Shown one piece after another: positions 23,728 to 36,879 of a stretch of 64,000 nucleotides of DNA (position 1 is the stretch's first letter; each line of letters starts with the position of its first letter). Origin of the DNA: Marsupella aquatica (Eukaryota > Plantae > Marchantiophyta); assembly GCA_973895155.1 (NCBI GenBank), contig OZ316895.1:9350184-9414183 (forward strand). The letters are read 5' to 3'. A program made the position numbers and the translations under genes. Under the pieces are notes generated by a model. The model saw only the letters and a program-made list of their open reading frames with translations. It had not been told where the DNA came from and ran no database searches.

Positions 23728-25649
23728 CTTAGCACTTGGCTCTCGCGTCCTGCTAGCCTGACCATTCCGCTTCTATCCGAGCGGCTTCTACTGGGAAAGT
23801 CGCTCACTTGCAATCAAATTGCGTGCTGATGATACAAATCTCTCATTCCTTGAATTGGTTTGTCTTGACGGTCAAGCTGGACAAAGGACTTAAAAAATTT
23901 GGGAATTCTGAATCGCTCTTTGGAGCATTTAAGTACTGTGTTATCATCGAGAGGGAGCGCAGTGCACGAAATGGGTTGGGCCCAGTAAATGTTGCTCCAA
24001 GATCCAGACAAGAACCTTCTGGTTACACCGAGTACAAATTAGTGGTCAATTGTCAGACTTTGTAATGGTTGGTCAGAAGCGCACGTTGTTCCCACTTAAG
24101 GGTACACAGGCAGATCGAGCCTCATCTTACTGATGCGCTTCCAATCTAGCTCTATGGATGGTGCCTATATCCGCTTCCTGACGAAACCTACTGGAGCATA
24201 CTCCCGAACTTTTGGGGAATGCTCAATTTGTGCAGACGTCGAGAGCTTCTGTAATCGACGAGCCGATTTTGTTTGTAGAAGGGGTTTGATTTCACAGCAA
24301 ACAACCTTTTCGTTGCTTACTGTAGGTGAAAAGTCCAGTCTGTATATGGTAAGTTACACGGGACCTGTGAATGAATTTGGCGTTTTGATGAGCGCAAACT
24401 CCGATTGGGGCAGAAGCGCACGTCACAGCAATCGATCGGTCAGGTCAGTGAGTCGGAGCTAGGGGGACAAACTTTCGTAAGAGACGTTTACGGTACCGTG
24501 ACATGAAATGCGTGTCGTGGGAAGCGTTATTAGAGAAATATGCACACCACTAAATAATTTGGAGCAGTCCTCCACGCTTTATAGTTCTGGAAAGAAGGGA
24601 CATGACTGTTTGCAGTGAATTTTCCTCTTCCTATGATAGATGGATAAGAAGATGTAGCTTTCTTTGTTGACACTGTAAGCTTCCGATTGCACGTCGTCGG
24701 CTGCACACACTGCTTCCTCAAACTTTAAGTTCGCTATTGTCCAAAGACTTGTTTTCTTTAAAATTAGACACATCATGGTTCGTGTAACTTTGAAATTAGA
24801 CACATCTAGTGCGACGCTGCAATCAACTCTCCTAATACCTTCAATTTCTCTGTGGTAGCGTGTTCACAAATACATGCTGTTATCTGACGAAAAAATGGTT
24901 TGTGGCATCGTTGAATTGACTGAGAATCAATTTTCAGGTTCACCTCGAGTGGGATACTGTTACCAACAACCCTTCTAAAACCTTCACTTTCGCTGTTTGT
25001 CGCCCTTGCAATTGCAAAACTGTAGTCAGGATGGAAAATGGCATGGAGTTTCGTTTCTTCTCAGCCTCTCTAACTTTCGAAAGGTTCTCTGACTGACAAC
25101 CGTCCCTTGTAAAAGTAGATAGTTGGAGGGATGCATTTTACTGTCAGTCATAGGAGCTATTACCTTACTTGCGGAGATCGATTGAGTTCTCCAGCCATTG
25201 GGAAGCTTTGGCAAACAGGTGATGATACAACTCCAAGCTTTTCTCTCGGCAATCTAACCTTTTCTAGCCATTAATCCGCCAGAGTCGTGTCGTCTTATTC
25301 TCGATCTGGAGCAAACAAACGGTGTTAATGTTCATGATCCCCACCAGGATTTGCGACTCTTCTAATTCTCAAGCCACTGATTGCAAATTTGAATGAAGTG
25401 AAATGCGTGAACATTTTTTCAGAAAATGCAGCATGAAAGATGTGGACATTCTCTGAGCAGATACCTTCCGGAGTTGCAGACATACCAGAACTCCTTTGTG
25501 TAGATTATATCTGATGAGGAGATACCTTCGACAACTTTGGTCTTGTAGGGTGCTCAAGAAGGTAGCAAAAGATCTTTGCTCCTTATCAGTCTTCTGTTGG
25601 ATGCGAAAAATTTTCACGAAAGAGCGGAGTTATGGATACCATACAAAAA

Positions 25650-25720
25650 TATATATCAAAGTGCCAAATCAGAGGGCGCCCAACCGGGAGACATGATCTC
25701 TCAGGCAAAAGACCCAATCA
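25650..25720 (-). promoter_or_regulatory. Putative core promoter module (inverted CCAAT, CCCGGTTGGG, TATA-like) upstream of the ANK-PGG gene
   Basis: Minus strand TGATTGGG...TGTCTCCCGGTTGGG...TTTGGCACTTTGATATATA. A donor GGAAG|GTATCT (25464) and acceptor CTTTCCCAG| (23791) could form a 5' UTR intron. Near-copy at 58661-58728. Confidence 0.4.
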
Positions 25721-26683
25721 AGGCGGGGACCACCAAGGGGCCAAGGGTGCAAAAAGATGCAAGCAAAAGCGGATGTATAAGCTACTTTCCTAAGACGAAA
25801 GTCTTCCCAAAATTTCAAACTGTTTAACAGATTAGGATCGTCTTCACCCCTCCTGTGTGGGGTCATCTTTAGGTATCTGTGCATCGTTTACAAGTTCTCG
25901 GGCTCTGAAATTGGCTTGCGATTTTCATCCTTACTCATCATGGTGACGTAGTGTTTCAGCACTGATTTCGGGCATTTCAGGGACACTCAAAACAAAATTT
26001 GGATCCAGGTGTCGACAACGAGAGGTAACCCTTTGCAGCAGCCATACTTGTACCAACATTAATATCAGCCCGTAGCAGTGTCGAAGTAAATTTCGTTACA
26101 TGGCAAGTCATAACTATTTACTTTCCACTTTTTACTTACTAATCAATTTGAAGAACAAAATTTGAAGTGCTTCATTTGAGAACAAGTGAAGGTCGCAAAC
26201 CAGATTTCAATGCACATCGAGAATTTGTGCGCAAGTCTTATTTCCCTAAGAAGGTCAGTCAGATATCATCTATCAGGAAAAGGTAACAAATTTATGGAAT
26301 AATTTCTACTTTAAAAGCAATTTAAAAGGCAACTTCTCAATTCTTTTCAACCCTTTCCCTCCTGGTGGATCTCTCATCTGGATCTCTCATCTGAGCAGGA
26401 TCCCTGAATATAACTCCATTGTAATTAGCCTACTAGGAGCAGACCTAAAATTTCTTTGGTGAACAAAATATTGCTTTAAACTTATGAAAGAACACCAAAC
26501 CTCAGCAATTTCACGGGTACAAAAAAATGATATACAGCTTTAGTGGCAAAAGGTCAAATTTCCATAAGAGTAAAATCACAATTCGTTGATATTGTACAAT
26601 ATTTGTAGAATTCACCCACAACAATTTCGTTGGAACCGAATCTTTACAAATGAACACAAACGTAATCGTGACCTAATCACTGT

Positions 26684-28850
26684 CTATGAAATGTTCTTCA
26701 AAATTTCAGCAGCAGTGGCAATGGCTCCTCCGGTGAGGGCCCCTTTCAAAGCACGCTCACCGGAAGGATTTGGTTCGGTCAACGATAGAGCTGCTCCTGT
26801 CAAGGCTCCTCCAAAAAGAGAGTTCTTCTGCAAAATATATTGAAGCGACCGTAATTAGCAAGACTTAAGCTCTGGTCTCACTGAAATTTCGGCGCTACAT
26901 GACTGCTAAAAAACAAAATTGGAGTGGAGATAGAACACATCCATACAAAAAAACTCTGCATCACATCACTTCATACATATCCTGATTGATGTACACCAGC
27001 TGTCACACACACAAGAGAGATATTCGTAGAACGAGAATAACGACAAAAGGGGGCAAGGGAGGTACGTACCCAGTCATTCACACCTCGAGCTTCCTCCAAG
27101 CCGTAAGTCATTCCAGAGTAAACTCCGGCCACAAGACCTACACAATGGAAATGATACCATAACGATAAATGTTCGTCACCAAATACGACTAGTAGAAGTC
27201 GGTATTACACCCACAAGATATTACCAACAAACTAGATCAACTTGATTATTCATTCGTATTACAACACATAAGCCACAAACCGGAACACATGGGTAGTCAA
27301 AACATTACCCCACTGAATGGCCTCCTTTCCAACCCTATTGGCCTGCACATCGACGATCGCAATAGTTTATTAACAAAAGTACATTGTAAGTATACTTCGG
27401 TTACTGTCGCGACACATACACCTCGAAGTACTTTTAGTTAGGTTCGACGAACTGCAGGGCTTGCGAGGAAACCGTGCATTGCAGGAAGTTTAATCTCTGA
27501 CGAACAGAAGTTTCACTATTTTGTTCTTAAATTTCATCCCTCCGAATGCAACCTCCGAATGCCATTAATTGTTCGCTTCATATGTGTGAGAAAGAGCGTG
27601 ACAATAATTCATTACCAATCTTTTTGCCCACTGTCTTCCGGAACCAATGCAAAGTTCCGTCTCTGAGAATTCACATTTTAAGATCTGACATTGTACATCA
27701 GGTTTCCGGATTAAATGGCGACATCGCAGATTCACACCTTCAATTCCAGCAATTGATCAAAAGTTGGTGATTACACCTAACAGTTTGTGAATTTCAAGAA
27801 ACAGGTCGTTGTTAGACACTGTCAAATTTTCAAACGAACAATTTAGGAGGTAGGGATGATATGATTTGGGAGTTTCTTGTATCTTCATGCCCTAACCAAC
27901 TACATTCCATAGGCCAACAGTACTAAAGTCTTACCATGGTCTCCAAAGATTTCTTGTTCGTCTCGTCTGCCAAAATGAACACAAAACACGCCATCAACCG
28001 ATGAACAGCAGTAATTTTCGAAATGAATCACCCCTCAGTGTAAATGCCAGGAACATTCGTGTGAATTGAAGATAGCATATCCAGGCAAATGTGAACTACA
28101 CACCTTGAAGAAGGAATTTGAGCGAATCTTGGGTGGCTGCATGCACAGCTCCAACCTGAACAGTGTTCACAACTTCACATCAGACAACGCGTCCAACCTT
28201 CATGAAAGATATTCAATCCTTGGCTACCGTTGTCATAGCATCAGGATTTGACACCAGCATACGCAGGCGAACGCAGGCGAACTCCCACAATTCACGCATG
28301 CATGCATGCGTGAAGGCAAGTATAGAGAGACTTTGATTTAATTACGAAGGTGATGCAGTTCTATCACAAGCGCGAAGGACAGACCAACAAAGGGCCCACC
28401 ACAATAACAGAAGAGAGGGAGAGACAAACAAGGACACGACAGTCAGCGAAGCGAGCGTTTTTAGTTCCAACGGGACACAATACGAGCCCCCCACTCATTC
28501 AATACCATACTCCTCATGATCAAAACTCAAAGAGCTAATCCAATGCTGCTTCGTTGAAGGCATGCACGACGAGGACAGGGAAAGACGCCAAGTAAGATAT
28601 TGCTCGAACTCATCCTCATGACCATCGATCAACATACACCAACACTAATATCCATGCACTCACCACCTACAACCTCGACACACAAATCCCTCGCCATGCA
28701 TGCAGCTCGAGCCAGGCCGGTCCAAGAGTCACTTACCCCGCCGACTCTCACGAAGCCATCGAAGACGCGGTTCAGAGCAGGGTGGCCGAGATCCACCAGG
28801 AAGTCGACCTGGGGTTTGTCCAACGACGTATCAAGTCGTGCAGTCGGCAT
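26684..28850 (-). CDS. OEP16: Plastid outer envelope pore protein 16 (PRAT/Tim17 family), 6 exons, 147 aa
   Basis: GT-AG exons 28737-28850, 28104-28155, 27935-27966, 27309-27342, 27070-27137, 26684-26827 (444 nt, phases consistent). Protein: MPTARLDTSLDKPQVDFLVDLGHPALNRVFDGFVRVGGVGAVHAATQD...GKEAIQWGLVAGVYSGMTYGLEEARGVNDWKNSLFGGALTGAALS...ALTGGAIATAAEILKNIS*, matching the OEP16 motifs VDxGxPxLN and RGxxDWKN. Confidence 0.93.
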
Positions 28851-31800
28851 TTCTATTCGGTCCGCTGCACAAACAGAAGCGGAAGAAGCAGCAGAAGCGG
28901 AGCTCACCAACAACGAAACGAGGCTCAACAACTCTGAACCACACCAGCAGCAGCAGCAGCACAAGATTGATGTTCGTGAAGATAGACAAGAGCGTTTCCT
29001 TCGTTCATGCAGTGCTTTAGGATAGATAGAACGAGAGAATGAGTCCCTACAGCGAAAGAACAGTGTGATCTGCAGCGACGAGATACCTCTTTAGGTCCAG
29101 TCATCGGGCGCGCTATCTGCTTCTCTATATACAAATGCTGAGTCGGCAGCGGATGTGCGCGGCGCTCTGGGACCGTTGGATGAGGCCCATAGGCGCCCGC
29201 CAAGTGGTCTCCGGTTAGTTGTTATTAGTTTAAGTCCGGTCACCTTTCCAAGTGGCGTGGCTCCAGTCGCCGGCCGCGTCCCTTATCTGCTTGTGTAATC
29301 GCCATTGTCCAGAAGCGTGAGGGCGTTCCCTGAGCCCTTATCTGATGAATGACAGAGCGGCTGACTATGCATCGTTTTATCCGACTCCGTTTTTGTACTA
29401 CGAGTAATATCCTGTTACCCCCCCCCCCCCCCACCCCCACCACCACCATAAAATTATATGTATTTAATAGGTGACCCCCGTGCATGGAAACGTTTCACAA
29501 AATGCCCAATGGACTGCAGAAAACCCTCTTTTGAACTCAGATAGCTTTTTCTTCCTGATTGAGGAGTCCATAATTTTCTGTTTAAGCTATGGGGTTGCAA
29601 GGTTCATGGGAGTGTATTTTTCCAAATAGTGATTACGAAGGCTTTAGGTTTTGATCGTGTAAAACTCTTGGGCTTTTGCATTTCCATTGTTATTTCGCTT
29701 TTATTCGGTCTCTTATCTTTGGTATCTTGTCTCTGGGTTGGCACATATTGTTCTTCAACAGTGTGATGTAAGTGATCAGTGGCGAAAATTAGTGCTGCAA
29801 GTTAGTGTTGTAAACGTTTATAACGTGTACAGGCTGCTTGATTCCCACATTGCAGTTGTAGTAGAATTTGTTGTTTCTGGCATATGTACTACGGTGTTAA
29901 ATTTGAATTGGATTAGATTTTAAAGTATGATGGGGCCATACTCAAATGGTATCATCATAATTTATTGCATTAGGATTTACAGAACTCAAGTTGACAAGCA
30001 AACTACCATTCACCTTTAACTTGGTAAACTCAACCCATGATCATCGATTTCCATAATCCACATTGAGGGTGGTCAAAGGTCAAAATCTCTATCTGCCCTC
30101 CACGTACCTTCTCTCAAGATGGAAACCGTTTGTTTTGTCCCTTTCTCTCAGTGGGACACCCTTCCTTATCCTTACACCACAGGTTTCTCTTTACACCATC
30201 TTATCCCTACACCGAAGTAAGTTTTCTCAATGTATTCTTTCCTTTCTCTTGGTTGGAAAGGGTACGAGAAACCTGTCCTTAATTAAGCATTTTATTATGG
30301 GTCCAAAACAAACTTTAAGCTAGATACAACTGTAGTAAACCACTATCTTGATGCTAGGATGTATCACATTAACACACCATTATTCTAATTCTAGGTGGCA
30401 AACTTTCTACACACGAAAGTAATCTGAATCGAATGAGTAATTTTCTTAGCTCGGATGTTTTCGTTTTAGATCGAGGAAGATAAGTTCTTTTTCACTTTTT
30501 ACTGGCCACACAAAGCTGGTCCATCCGTCCATACTACGACACAGCCGTTGGTAACTTATTAGGAGTTAGGTTACCTGCTATTTACAGCGTACTACTGACG
30601 GGATAAAAACAAGCAATCAATAGCTGAATGGGAGGGTACGATGGCTGCATGGCAATTGACCAATGCATGGGACGTTTCTGTCATGTCACGTCACGCCAGC
30701 CGCAGCGACCTGCATGCTATACCATGTGGCGTAAGCCGATTCGACGTATTGAATAATGTCCGGTTAAATTATGAACGGAGTCCCGTACCCCACCAGTCCA
30801 TTCCTAATCATGACTCGTTGGTTTCCATGAGGTCACTTTCGTCCAGTCATCATTCTCCCTGCTCGAGTGAAGGTAACCGCCCAAAGGGGGTTATCAGGTT
30901 ATAGGAATCTCCAAGGTGGGAGGCTGGAGCCTGGAGGGGTCTATAGCCATGGCCCCAGTGACTCTCAATGTACAAGTGTAAGGTAATCGAGTGGCCATGG
31001 AGTAATGAGTGTAATCCTGAGCGTTGTTTTACTTTACTTTTTACTTACAAATTGAGTCTGAGATGGACTAACCACCGGGGCCCAAATCTTGTAATAATCA
31101 GGGCAGACTGGCAAGGGGTTCTGGTTCATAATTATCTATAGAAATTAATACAAAGCAAAGACTACAAGAGAGGTTTATGTACAGGGTACATATAGGGAAA
31201 TGACTATTTGGTTTAGGGTTACTAGTGTATAAACTCTGACCAGAAAGTGAAGAAATATTTACTGGTTACATGAGAAGTTTTTCTGAGCTTAGTGTGAATA
31301 GGTTTCAGACTAGAATCACAACCCAAACAGTCATTATCGTAGGTAATACTTGCAAGGAAAAAAAATTGTCAGACAAGATTTTATGGGCACAGGGTTATGA
31401 AAATGGTGGCACCTAGTAGAAAAGGTTACACACCGGTAACCTTTCTTCCTGACAAGAATGACGAGTACCAAGTTGCCATGCAGTTAGTCTCACAAAACAT
31501 TAATTATTTTATCATCTCCAAAAATAACAAAAAGTCATGCTTGGATGGACCACTCACATGAGCCTTGCAACCCGCGTCGACCAGGGTAGTAACATTATTT
31601 TTCCAAGGAAAAGCGCTGTCTAAGTCCATTCAGGCATTTTGGTAAACATTAGGGTCCATGGGGGCATCAGTTTCCAGAAAAAAACATTCTCCAGTTTCCC
31701 TTTCTTTCTAAAGGATGTATACAGTGAAATGTGAGTGGTTACAAGGCCCGTTACAAGGATACTTGGATGTTTCTTAAATTTTTCATGACAAATTGTTTTG

Positions 31801-34800
31801 TGTTGTGATATAGGATTCATACATAGTTGGAGAGGGAGAGAGATTGAATGAATGAATGAATCACTCGGTTGGGATTAACCAGGTGTATATATAGTGTCTT
31901 GAGGTAACCATGGTAAAGGTAACCTCCTAGTCTGGTCTAGGACTAGTTACCTCATAACACTCCCCCTTGGCTACATAATGGGAGTTATGGAGACAATCTA
32001 GACTAGTCCTAGAACTAGGTAAGAAAAATCTATCACCATGCTTATAGACTTGCACGAGATGAGTTTCAGTGATAGTAAAAAGTGTTTGCATGCTTATAGA
32101 CATGTATGTTTGATTGACCAAAGAGGTGGACTGCCTCGTTAAAACCTTTAGCAATGCTAGATTGAGGTAAAAACAACTCTACCAGGGTAGTAGAGAAAAA
32201 ATAAAATATATGACCCTAAAGGAAAAAGAGTACAGCCGGTTGGTTCTCTTGGTGAGATGTGAGAGTTGAACCACAGTGGTGGTGTGTGTCAATCAGTAGT
32301 AATCAGGCGGTGTAAGCTTCGGAGTTCAATTGCATGGCAGTGGTGTCTGTGGACATGAGGGGTCAATGCTTTCATGAAACACTTTGTCTAGTTCTCCGCA
32401 TTTGAAATTTGGGTCACCTGTATGGCCTTGCATCAAATAAACAATCTAAGTTCCAAATAATTAGTAGTTTGGTTAGTAGCTGGAGGAACCATGTCATGTT
32501 TTAGTATGGCTTATGCTATCTAATACCAGGGGGTATTAAGATAATTAATGTGGGTTGTGTGGGGATGCAGTGGCATTAAATCCTATATGTTTCAGATCAC
32601 TGGATTGATACCGAAGGTGCTAATTAGCCCAATTGCTAAATGGGAGTTTTCCAAAGTGTGGAGTAGACATGTTGCATCAACGGATGCTAATCATGTATTA
32701 TTATAAAAATGATAAAAAAGTCCTAGTTTGGTATGGTGTAAGTACCATATTAGAAATGCCCAAAGTCAAGATAAAAGACCCATATGTGGGTAGGATGGGG
32801 CAATGTTATCATGGGAGAGTCTATGGCAATAAGCTCATTTGAGAGTATAGTGGTGCTGATGGACACGAAGGTGTCAGGAGGCACGGAGGTGCTAGTGGAC
32901 ACAGGGTTGTTGACACCAGAGGGTGTTAGGTCTCAAGCTACACCAGAGGGTGTATGAACCAGAATCACACCAGAGGCTAGGGTGTCGGTTAAGTTAGGTC
33001 TCCCGTGAGTGGCACGTCTGCCTGCACATCTACAAATATCACGGGGTAGTTTGACAAGTGTGTCAAGACATGGGGTAGCAGGCCATGTAAGTAGATTCAA
33101 AATATTATTGAGACATGGGATAGCCATGTAGGGAGATTTGAAGTTAGAGTAACTTGTGGAGATAAGATGCTCCCCCTAAACTATTTGGCTCCTCGTATAG
33201 AGATATACGAGGATTGTCTCTGTTTAGTTTCCAAGTATTAGTTGTACGTACAATTGTGGTGTAGGTGGGCTCAAGTTCTTCAATAGATAAGTTTTGAGAG
33301 AATTGAGTTTCTTTCCCTTGGTCCGCATCTAATTCATATTGTTTTCCGATTAATTCTATGTTGGGTGTGGGGATGAAAATTGTCTTAATTTTAGTTTCAA
33401 TCTAAAAGATTTGTTTAATAGTAATACACAAAGGTGAATGTGTCATTGGTCCGCGATGTTATTCCGTTCCCCAAAATGAAGAGTGTATCAAGGTAGATTA
33501 CGGGCTTTGCCCATATTAACCCCGCATTGGGTCTTGACTAGATGAGGTTAGGGGCTTTGCCCATAATCCAAACATCTGTACCATACCTTTAACATTGTTA
33601 GTTTTTGAATTCCCTTATCCTAGTCCAGTGTCTTAGAGTAAGTGTTTTCATTTTGTCTGGTGAACATGATCCTAGGTCCGAAGGGATGAGGTTTGTGGTC
33701 TTACTTCTGTACAAGTTGTAAAGGCATGCATGCTAAAAGTGTATAAAACTTTAATCAAATTATAAAATTATGGTTTTGGGTCTTAATCACTATGTGTATG
33801 GGCAAGTACAGAGGTACTTTCCATTGTAGTGTATGAGTTTAGCTTAAGTTTTTGAGTAGATAAGTTAGAGACAATGAAGTTTCTTCCCATTGATCTGCAT
33901 AAAATGCATGTTATTTTCTCTTGAAATTGTGAGTGTGAGGCATATCTCTGAAATTTGGAACTCATCTATAGGTAAGGTCCGATAGGAATGCCCACTGATC
34001 AAGAGAATGTAGGGGTTAGATTACGGGCTTTGCCCATATTAACTCCTCATTAACTCATGTATAGATGAGATTAGGGGCTTTGCCCATTATCAAATCATCT
34101 CTACCTTTACCTTTGTTAGTCATGGAAAGTCCCTTATCTGAGTCTGTTTGGATCTTATGAGATCAAATGATACCAGAAGGTGTATAAGTTCAAATGGTAC
34201 TAGAAGATGAATGAACCAAAATGACATTAGGAGGTGGGAGATAGTTGTCGGTACAATGTGCTTTCCTCCCCCTATGGTGGAAAGTGATATTAATGGTGTA
34301 ACAACCATGTTATATGTATTCAATGTGTATAAATGCTTGTAAACTCAACATGTGTATTGGTAGGTAATGTGTAAAGGCACAGTATTCACATTTGTAAAAT
34401 GAGAGTGTAGGCTTGTGATTTAGGTTTATGTTAAGGATTACATGTATCTTAAAGTGATTTAAAAGCTTTGAAAAAGATGCTTTAAGTGATCTGATTCTTT
34501 TGTAAGTAAAAATACTCTTTATAATGAGTTGCAAGTATGGGGGTTTTGCACTTATCAAGTTTTGTCAATGGTTTCTCGAAAAGCCTGGTCCAAATTTTGC
34601 CATTTTGGGCTTGTGCATCGATTCTCCCCCTTTTGCATGGCTTCGCGGTTGCGTCTGTGATCACTGTGTTGTCTTCTCATGAGATTTCCATCCCTCAAAT
34701 TTCCTTCAGTCCTTTTCACCCTCCGGTTGTTGAGCCCTAATGCAACATTCGTTCTCTATAGGGTGTGGTGCCTTTTCAGATCTCACCTTGATTGAAATTT

Positions 34801-35409
34801 TGTTGATTGTGCTCTGCCTCTATTCAATCAGGTCTCTTTGATTGGATTGATTGACTCTAGCCCAAGCTTTATCCTGGTTTCTCTATGGACTTTGCGCTGC
34901 AGTGTTTCTTCTCCTCCTTCCATAAATCATGTTGCGTACTTTCAATCTTGCATTTCAGAATCAATTCCTCTAAAGCTTTTATTAATGATCCCATAAGGGT
35001 CAATCCATGGGTTCGACTCTTTGTCTGATCAACCTCTCCTTCTGATTTTGTTTCTTCTAATTTCTTGGGAGTCAGTTTCTCATAGAGGATACTTCATCAA
35101 TTTCCAACGCCAGGTTGACATGGACTCTCAAATGAAGGTTTCCTTGAAGGGATTTTGTCTTGGGATTCCCTCAAGTGTCTAATTTTTGTCACTTGTCGAA
35201 TCCCTAAAAAAATTCAAGTGCTCAGCCTCTGAGAGTCGTGCTGATAACGTGTTGTGATATAGGATTCATACATAGTTGGAGAGGGAGAGAGATTGAATGA
35301 ATGAATGAATCACTCGGTTGGGAATTAACCGAGTGTATAAATAGTGTCTTGAGGTAACCATGGTAAAGGTAACCTCCTAGTCTGGTCTAGGACTAGTTAC
35401 CTCATAACA
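31801..35409 (-). mobile_element. Non-autonomous Ty1/copia-type (Bianca-like primer) LTR retrotransposon with ~160-bp LTRs
   Basis: LTRs 31801-31959 and 35250-35409 (TG...CA, ~4 differences). TSD TTTTG (31796-31800, 35410-35414). PPT CTCCCCCTTGG at 31960. PBS at 35235-35249. No intact gag/pol visible; internal ~130-bp duplication (~33494-33625, ~34018-34145). Confidence 0.92.
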
Positions 35410-36879
35410 TTTTGAGGTTTCACAAGGACCCTGAAATACTTTGTTGGTCCCCCTAGAATTTTAATGATTATTTGTGTATTGCGCACACCAGGATGGCACT
35501 ACAGTACTACTGTGTCAGGGAAGTAAGGTCTGCAAACAAACATCAAAGCACTATAATCTAGAGAGGTACAGTAGTTACTCTCACATTATTTTAGATTCTT
35601 AATTACCCAAGTTTTTCCTCAATAAGAAAGATGACTAGAGTAGATCATAGTCCACCGAGAACTTATTTAAGTGAGGAATGAGCCACAGTTTTTTTCTTAA
35701 CAAAACAAGGGTTGACCCAAATTAGTCCCAAGAGTCCCAATTGATGTAGGAAAGTAGCTTTAAAGTTGGATGGGATCTCCATCCCACACATTTCTCTAAG
35801 CAAGGATTTCTTGTGTACAGGGATCTATCAAACCAGTGTACTTTGACTAGGATAGGTGAGTCAGGGTTAAAAAGTTTAATTTCAGTACAAATGGCATTTT
35901 GGACTTGAAGCAAGATGGCAGTTCAGAATACTATGTACTCTCTTGTCTGGGGAACGATTTGCTGCTGGGATGAACTGTGAGGGAGGCCTGATGATGGAAT
36001 GATTTGTGGTAATGAACTCATCCAAAGTCTGTCTTTGCTCACTAAACAGCAAGCCATATATATAGCATGTTCATCCTAGAACATGCTCCATTTTTTTGTC
36101 TTGTTGTGATAGTATTGGATAGTATTTGATAGGATTGAGTGGGAAAATACAACACATGCCAAAGAAAATTACAAGTCCACAAGTATTGAAAACATAAGGT
36201 ACAGATTCTCACTTGCTTTTATGATGCTCAAATCAATCAAAAATTGTGCAACAAAGGTACAAAAGATGCTCCCTTGCCATAGGTAATGACAACAAAACCC
36301 ATAAGCTTAACAAATAAAAGTTTGGGGAGGACTTAAATTAAGCAGGAGTAGTCCGCACCTCAAAGTATCAATTCTCTCTCTCAATCACTAGAATTGGCCA
36401 AAATTCCATAAAATCTGTTAAAGGGGGTGAATGCACTATATTAAAAACTAAATTAGTAGTGGGGAATGAGAGCCCTAGCATAGGACGATTAAAAAAACCT
36501 TAGAGGGGTGCCAGAGTGATCTACAAAGCTTCAATTATACAAGTGGTGCACCTTGTTAAGACACATTAAATATTGAAAAGTGAATTGGCCATATAGCAGT
36601 GCCATAATTGAGGGCAAATTTTCTTACAATTGGTTATAGAGTAGCAGATGTAGAAACCCACAACCACAACCTTGATTTTCCTGCTTTTAGAGCACCCTCC
36701 ATCATGTGGCTAGGTTGCCAGCTATTACTTTAGAAGTGCAACTGCAATATCAGTAGCAGTTTGTAATCATATTGTATTAAGCTCAGTATAGGTTTGGGTT
36801 TACAAAAGTAATGACAAATAGAAACAGATTTTCAGATGATCTGAGACCTTCAATGTGGTTACTCTTCATAAGATAAACT

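Noticed and set aside
22262-23761. Plus-strand ORFs up to 245 aa
   Set aside because: Antisense shadows of the ANK-PGG CDS.
25369-26060. Long minus-strand frame with few stops, as a pseudogene
   Set aside because: No recognisable domain, and it runs through the non-coding module shared with 58661-58728; better explained as promoter/5' UTR.
28600-29025. Plus-strand 141-aa and 106-aa ORFs and the poly-Cys minus ORF start
   Set aside because: They overlap OEP16 exon 1 and its 5' UTR CAG/CTG microsatellite; the real start is the ATG at 28850.
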